A stretch of 63,706 nt of DNA, filler included, from Reclinomonas americana ATCC 50394 (Eukaryota): the NCBI GenBank assembly GCA_048213135.1. It is 20 parts of 20 records of this genome, joined end to end, with 100 filler letters (N's around TTAATTAATTAA, not from the genome) between each part and the next. Parts side by side here need not be neighbours in the genome. Positions count along the whole stretch, not along the records: positions 57,586 to 62,592 come from AFZH01018671.1; positions 62,693 to 63,706 come from AFZH01018676.1; 18 more parts are not named here. One strand, 5' to 3'. Made by a program: the position numbers and the translations under genes. Each line of letters opens with the position of its first letter. Position 1 is the first letter of the stretch. Under the pieces are notes generated by a model, which searched no databases, was not told where the DNA came from, and worked only from the letters and a program-made list of their open reading frames with translations. Below are positions 59,652 to 63,706 of the stretch, one piece after another.

Positions 59652-61670
59652 TCTGGTACTCGTCCACAATGCCGTTGCCGCCGAGCATGTCACGGCACTG
59701 GCGTGCAATCTCCAGCGCCTTGCCACACGAGTTGCGCTGGGGCACCACACACAACAGTCAGCCAACGTTTCCCTTCCTTTCCCCTCCATATTTCTCCAAC
59801 AAACCTTGATGAGCGAAATCATCTCCGGCACGGCCAGACCCTGATCCTTCAGGCGGCCCACCTGCAGCGCCGCCTGCAGACCGAGGCTAATCTCCACCAC
59901 GGCGTCGGCAAGCTTCTTCTGAATCAACTGGTTCTGTGCCAGCGGGCGGCCAAACTGGCGACGCTCCAACGTGTACGAGCGCGCCACCGCAACGCAGGCC
60001 TCGGCCGCACCGAGCGCACCCCATCCAATGCCGAAGCGGGCGCTGTTCAGGCAGCTGAACGGACCCTGCATTCGTCCACCGATAAGTGGTCGGCAGACAA
60101 CAAGAGAGTGAATGACACACACTAGTCGCACGCAACTCCCATGCCGGCAGCGAGTGGCAACCGATTCGCCTCGGGCACCACCACGTCTTCGAGCATGATC
60201 ATACCTGCCGCGCACCACGATCAGCAAAAACAGCGTGCAACTCTCTTCTCTCTTCCCCTTCTTACACGCACCAGTGACCGAGGCGCGCAGCGACATCTTG
60301 CCCTCGATCTTGGGTGTGGTGAAGCCCTTCATGCCGCGCTCCACAATAAACCCGCGCACCACCGGCTTCTTCTTCGCGTTCAACTCGTCGGTCTTGGCCC
60401 ACACCACCGCCAGGTCGGAGATGGGTGAGTTGGTGATCCACGTCTTGGAGCCATTCAGCACCCACGTCTTGTCGTCACGTCGCTTCGCACGCGTCTCCAT
60501 TCCGCTCGGATCCGAGCCGTGGTTGGGCTCGGTGAGGCCAAAGCAGCCGACCAGCTCGCCAGTGGCTGCACAAAGAGGAAAAAGATCAATGAGAGAGAAA
60601 GAGAGAGGGAAAGAGTGAGAGAGAATTGTTGTGCGTACCGAGTCGCGGCAGGAAACGCGTCTTTTGTTCCTCCGATCCAAATGTGTAGATCGGGTGCATG
60701 ACCAGTGACGACTGCACACTCATGGCGGAGCGGTAGCCGCTGTCGACTCTGTGCGGTGGGAGGGAAAGTGAGATAGGTAAGGGAGAAGAGTAGAGGGGGA
60801 GGGGTCGAGGAAAGCCGTACCGCTCCACTTCACGCGCAGCGAGGCCGTAGGCCACCGACGAGGCACCGGCGCAGCCGTAGCCGTTGATGGTGAGGCCGAG
60901 GGCGCCCATTTGGCCTGGGAAAAGGGGAAGGGAGAAAGGGGGGAGAAAGGGGAAGGGGGGAGGGGGGGAAGGGAGGGAGGACGTCAGCTTGCAGCAGGAT
61001 ACAAAAAAAAACACACACAGAAGAAAGGGGGGAGGGGGAGGGAGTGGGCGAGGAACATAGGGAGAGGACATCGATTTGCAGCAGGATAATAAACGCACAA
61101 ACAAACTGAGGGAGGGAGGGAGTGGGAAAGGAGCAGAGGGAGAGGACATCAATTGCAGAAGGATAAAATACCGCACAAATACACAACGGAAAGGGGGGGA
61201 GCGGGTGAAAAATAGAGGGACAGGACAACAGTGTGAAGCAAACACACCAAACGCAAAGAACGGGGGAAGGAGTGGAGGGGGAGGACGACAGTTTGCAGCA
61301 GGATACAAACAAACACACAGACACACAGAAGAAAGGGGGAAGGGGGGAAGGAGTGGAGGGAGGATACAAAGAGACACGAACACACAAAAGAAAGGGAGGA
61401 AGGGTACAGGGAGAGGACGACAGTTTGCAGTAGGATACAAACAAACACGCAGACACACAAGCGTAGATGCATGCAAGCACGCACAAATGCGCACAAACTT
61501 AAGCTCCACATATACAGGCACACACGCACACACACTCTCTCACGCACACAGTAAACTGATACCTCATGCAATAACTCACCAAATGCGCGCATGATATCCC
61601 GATCAAACTCCTCCTTGCGGAAACCACTCAGCACTCGCGGCTGCAGTTGCTCCTGCGAAAACGACCGGAT
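59482..61670 (-). CDS. GCDH: Glutaryl-CoA dehydrogenase (first exon(s) not located)
   Basis: [116 protein letters not shown]. Confidence 0.96.
60975..61445. repeat. Intronic degenerate repeat in GCDH
   Basis: GAGGAC...TTGCAG(C/T/A)AGGATA(C/A) recurs about 5 times. Confidence 0.65.
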
Positions 61671-62744
61671 CTGCGAGGGTGGAAAGGATTGAGTGACACG
61701 GAGCAGAGTGCTTTTGCTTCATTCCGAGATCTCCCTTTGTTTCCTACACTCACACAGATCGCCTATGCTCTGTCGACTTTCTGCAGTCCTGATATCGCTG
61801 CACCTACGTACAGGTCTCATTCTCTCGCTCACACTTCGCAGTCTTCCTGACATGCACAATCTCTCAAAACGCGATCCTGCCTCTGCTGGTGCTACTCGCT
61901 GCAGGAGTCGCGATCTTCCCCTCTCTCAAACGCCAGTTCTCTTGCCTCTCGCTTCGCAACATGACACGCTCTGGAAGCCACCTTCGCTCTCTCACTTTTG
62001 CTGCAAGCTTCGCGACATTCCTTTCGTGCAAGAGCAGCAGTGTCATGCGCAACAATTATCTCTGTCGCTCACAAACGCCCTTTCTCTTGTATCTCGCAAC
62101 GCAGTCTCCCAACTTCGCGCTTCGTGACCATTCCTCTCCTGCGATCACTGCACAGCTCCGTGCAGAGACTCTCCCTTTCTCTCCACTCTCACACTATCCT
62201 TCATGGAAACTGCCTAGCTGACTCCTGTTGCACGCTGCGCGATCTTCCCTTCTTGCGATCGCTGCACTGTTCTGCGTAGAATACGACCTTGTTCTCTCTG
62301 CCTCTCTTCTTTGTATCGCGCTTTGTTATCTTAAGATGGAAGAACGAGAGCGACTGAAAGAGAGACGATCCTTGCATGACGTGCGCGGATCGCAGACTGC
62401 GATGAAAGTGAGTGTCAGCGAAGGCGGTTCCAGATCGCGCCATGAAGGATTGCGAGGGCGATCGAGAGAAAAAGAGAGAGGAAGTCTCTGCACAGAACTG
62501 AAAAAGCCTTGCGATCGTTGTACACCACACACACAGCCTCTTACATACAGCCCCACATGCAAGCATTCTTCAGAAACTCCTCAACCTCTCTCNNNNNNNN
62601 NNNNNNNNNNNNNNNNNNNNNNNNNNNNNNNNNNNNTTAATTAATTAANNNNNNNNNNNNNNNNNNNNNNNNNNNNNNNNNNNNNNNNNNNNAAGTTTGC
62701 TCACCTATGTGCATGTGTGTCTGCCTTGCCTTGCCAATCACCAG

Positions 62745-63430
62745 AACAAGCAACGCCATCAAGAACTTTTGGAACTGCAACCAGCGGAAGAAGCCGAGAA
62801 GCAGCACCGGCACACCGAACACATCACCACTTCGCAGCCGACCATCGTCGTCGTCACTGGCGTCGTCGGCCGCGGCCGGCGAGAGCGTGGAGGACGAGTT
62901 GGTGTTGCCGCCGACCTCGTGCAAGCGCGCCGTCGTGTCGACCAATCGCAAGCAGTTGCACAGCGAGCGATTCACCGAGATTGACGGGTGCGAACATGAC
63001 AGCGACCACGATGATGACGAAGAAGAGGACGAGGAAGATGAGGATGTGGAGGAGGCCAACGAGAACAAGGCTCCAGTGCGGCGGCCACGAGATGCGACCA
63101 TGACTGCCGTCCACGAGGACGGTGCCGACGGCGAGTGCGTCGCCAAGAAAAACAAATTCTGCAAGTGCTGCAGCAAGCCGAAGCGACCGTGCAATGACCA
63201 GTCGCGGGCATTTACGGGATCCATGTTCACCGGAGAGGAGGCGAGCGCCTTGGCGGCTCTCTCCTCGGTCGCTGTTGCCTCGTCGTCAACAGCCTCCGCT
63301 CCTGTGCCACTACCGATCCCGATTCGACAGCAGCAGCAGCAGCAGGTGCCGCTGACCGAAGGTCAGTCACGATCCATTTTGCATGTATGACCCACCTGCC
63401 ACTGACGCTCATTTGCCCAATGTTCTACAG
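62745..63430 (+). CDS. Myb-domain transcription factor, partial (end of Myb repeat and acidic tail)
   Basis: Exon after the CAG at 62742-62744 reads (R)TSNAIKNFWN, matching the Myb helix-3 motif RTDNAIKNHWN, followed by Ser-rich and acidic regions. Ends uncertain. Confidence 0.7.
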
Positions 63431-63706
63431 GTCCGCTGTCGCTCCTGGCCATGGCCGCCAGCAATATGTAAAAAACCACAACACACCAAATTCGTCGTCA
63501 CCGTGCCGTTCGGTTTTGCCCGCGGGAGGGATCGTCGGCGGGATGGAAGGCACACGGCAGTGAGCAACCACTTGTGCAATCACCAACCCAGCGGCTCAAG
63601 TCGCTGGTTCGGAGCGAGTCGGCAGCCACCCTATCACCAATTTAATGTGATGTGGTGCATGGCTGTCGGCCCTCTCGTTGCACAATAATTTTCTGCTTGC
63701 CACTTG

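Overview
This is intron-rich eukaryotic genomic DNA, probably from a protist. It uses the standard code, has GC-rich exons, mostly 55-90 nt GT-AG introns and abundant AG/CA/CAA microsatellites. The window is 20 contig pieces joined by 19 artificial 100-nt spacers (N44-TTAATTAATTAA-N44); several genes splice in phase across spacers, so those joins are real scaffold gaps. Genes, in order: a giant NLR-like gene (NACHT, HEPN-like, NACHT, pentapeptide, WD40); a 23-repeat MORN gene; two paralogous two-TM membrane genes; three coiled-coil/IRAK-Pelle-like kinase/RING copies; EDRF1; an AGPAT-family acyltransferase; an Amt-fold protein with a long coiled-coil ectodomain; a tight CCT6, UTP25, Gfo/Idh/MocA, FAM50, PUS3 cluster; GCDH; and a Myb factor. 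Highlights: (1) extreme micro-exon splicing, including four predicted single-nucleotide exons, with one Gly codon built from three exons; (2) a frequent GTT-type shifted 5' splice-site class; (3) a pore-degenerate Amt fused to a sequon-rich coiled-coil stalk of at least 336 aa; (4) candidate innate-immune genes. All gene models were spliced by hand and need RNA confirmation.
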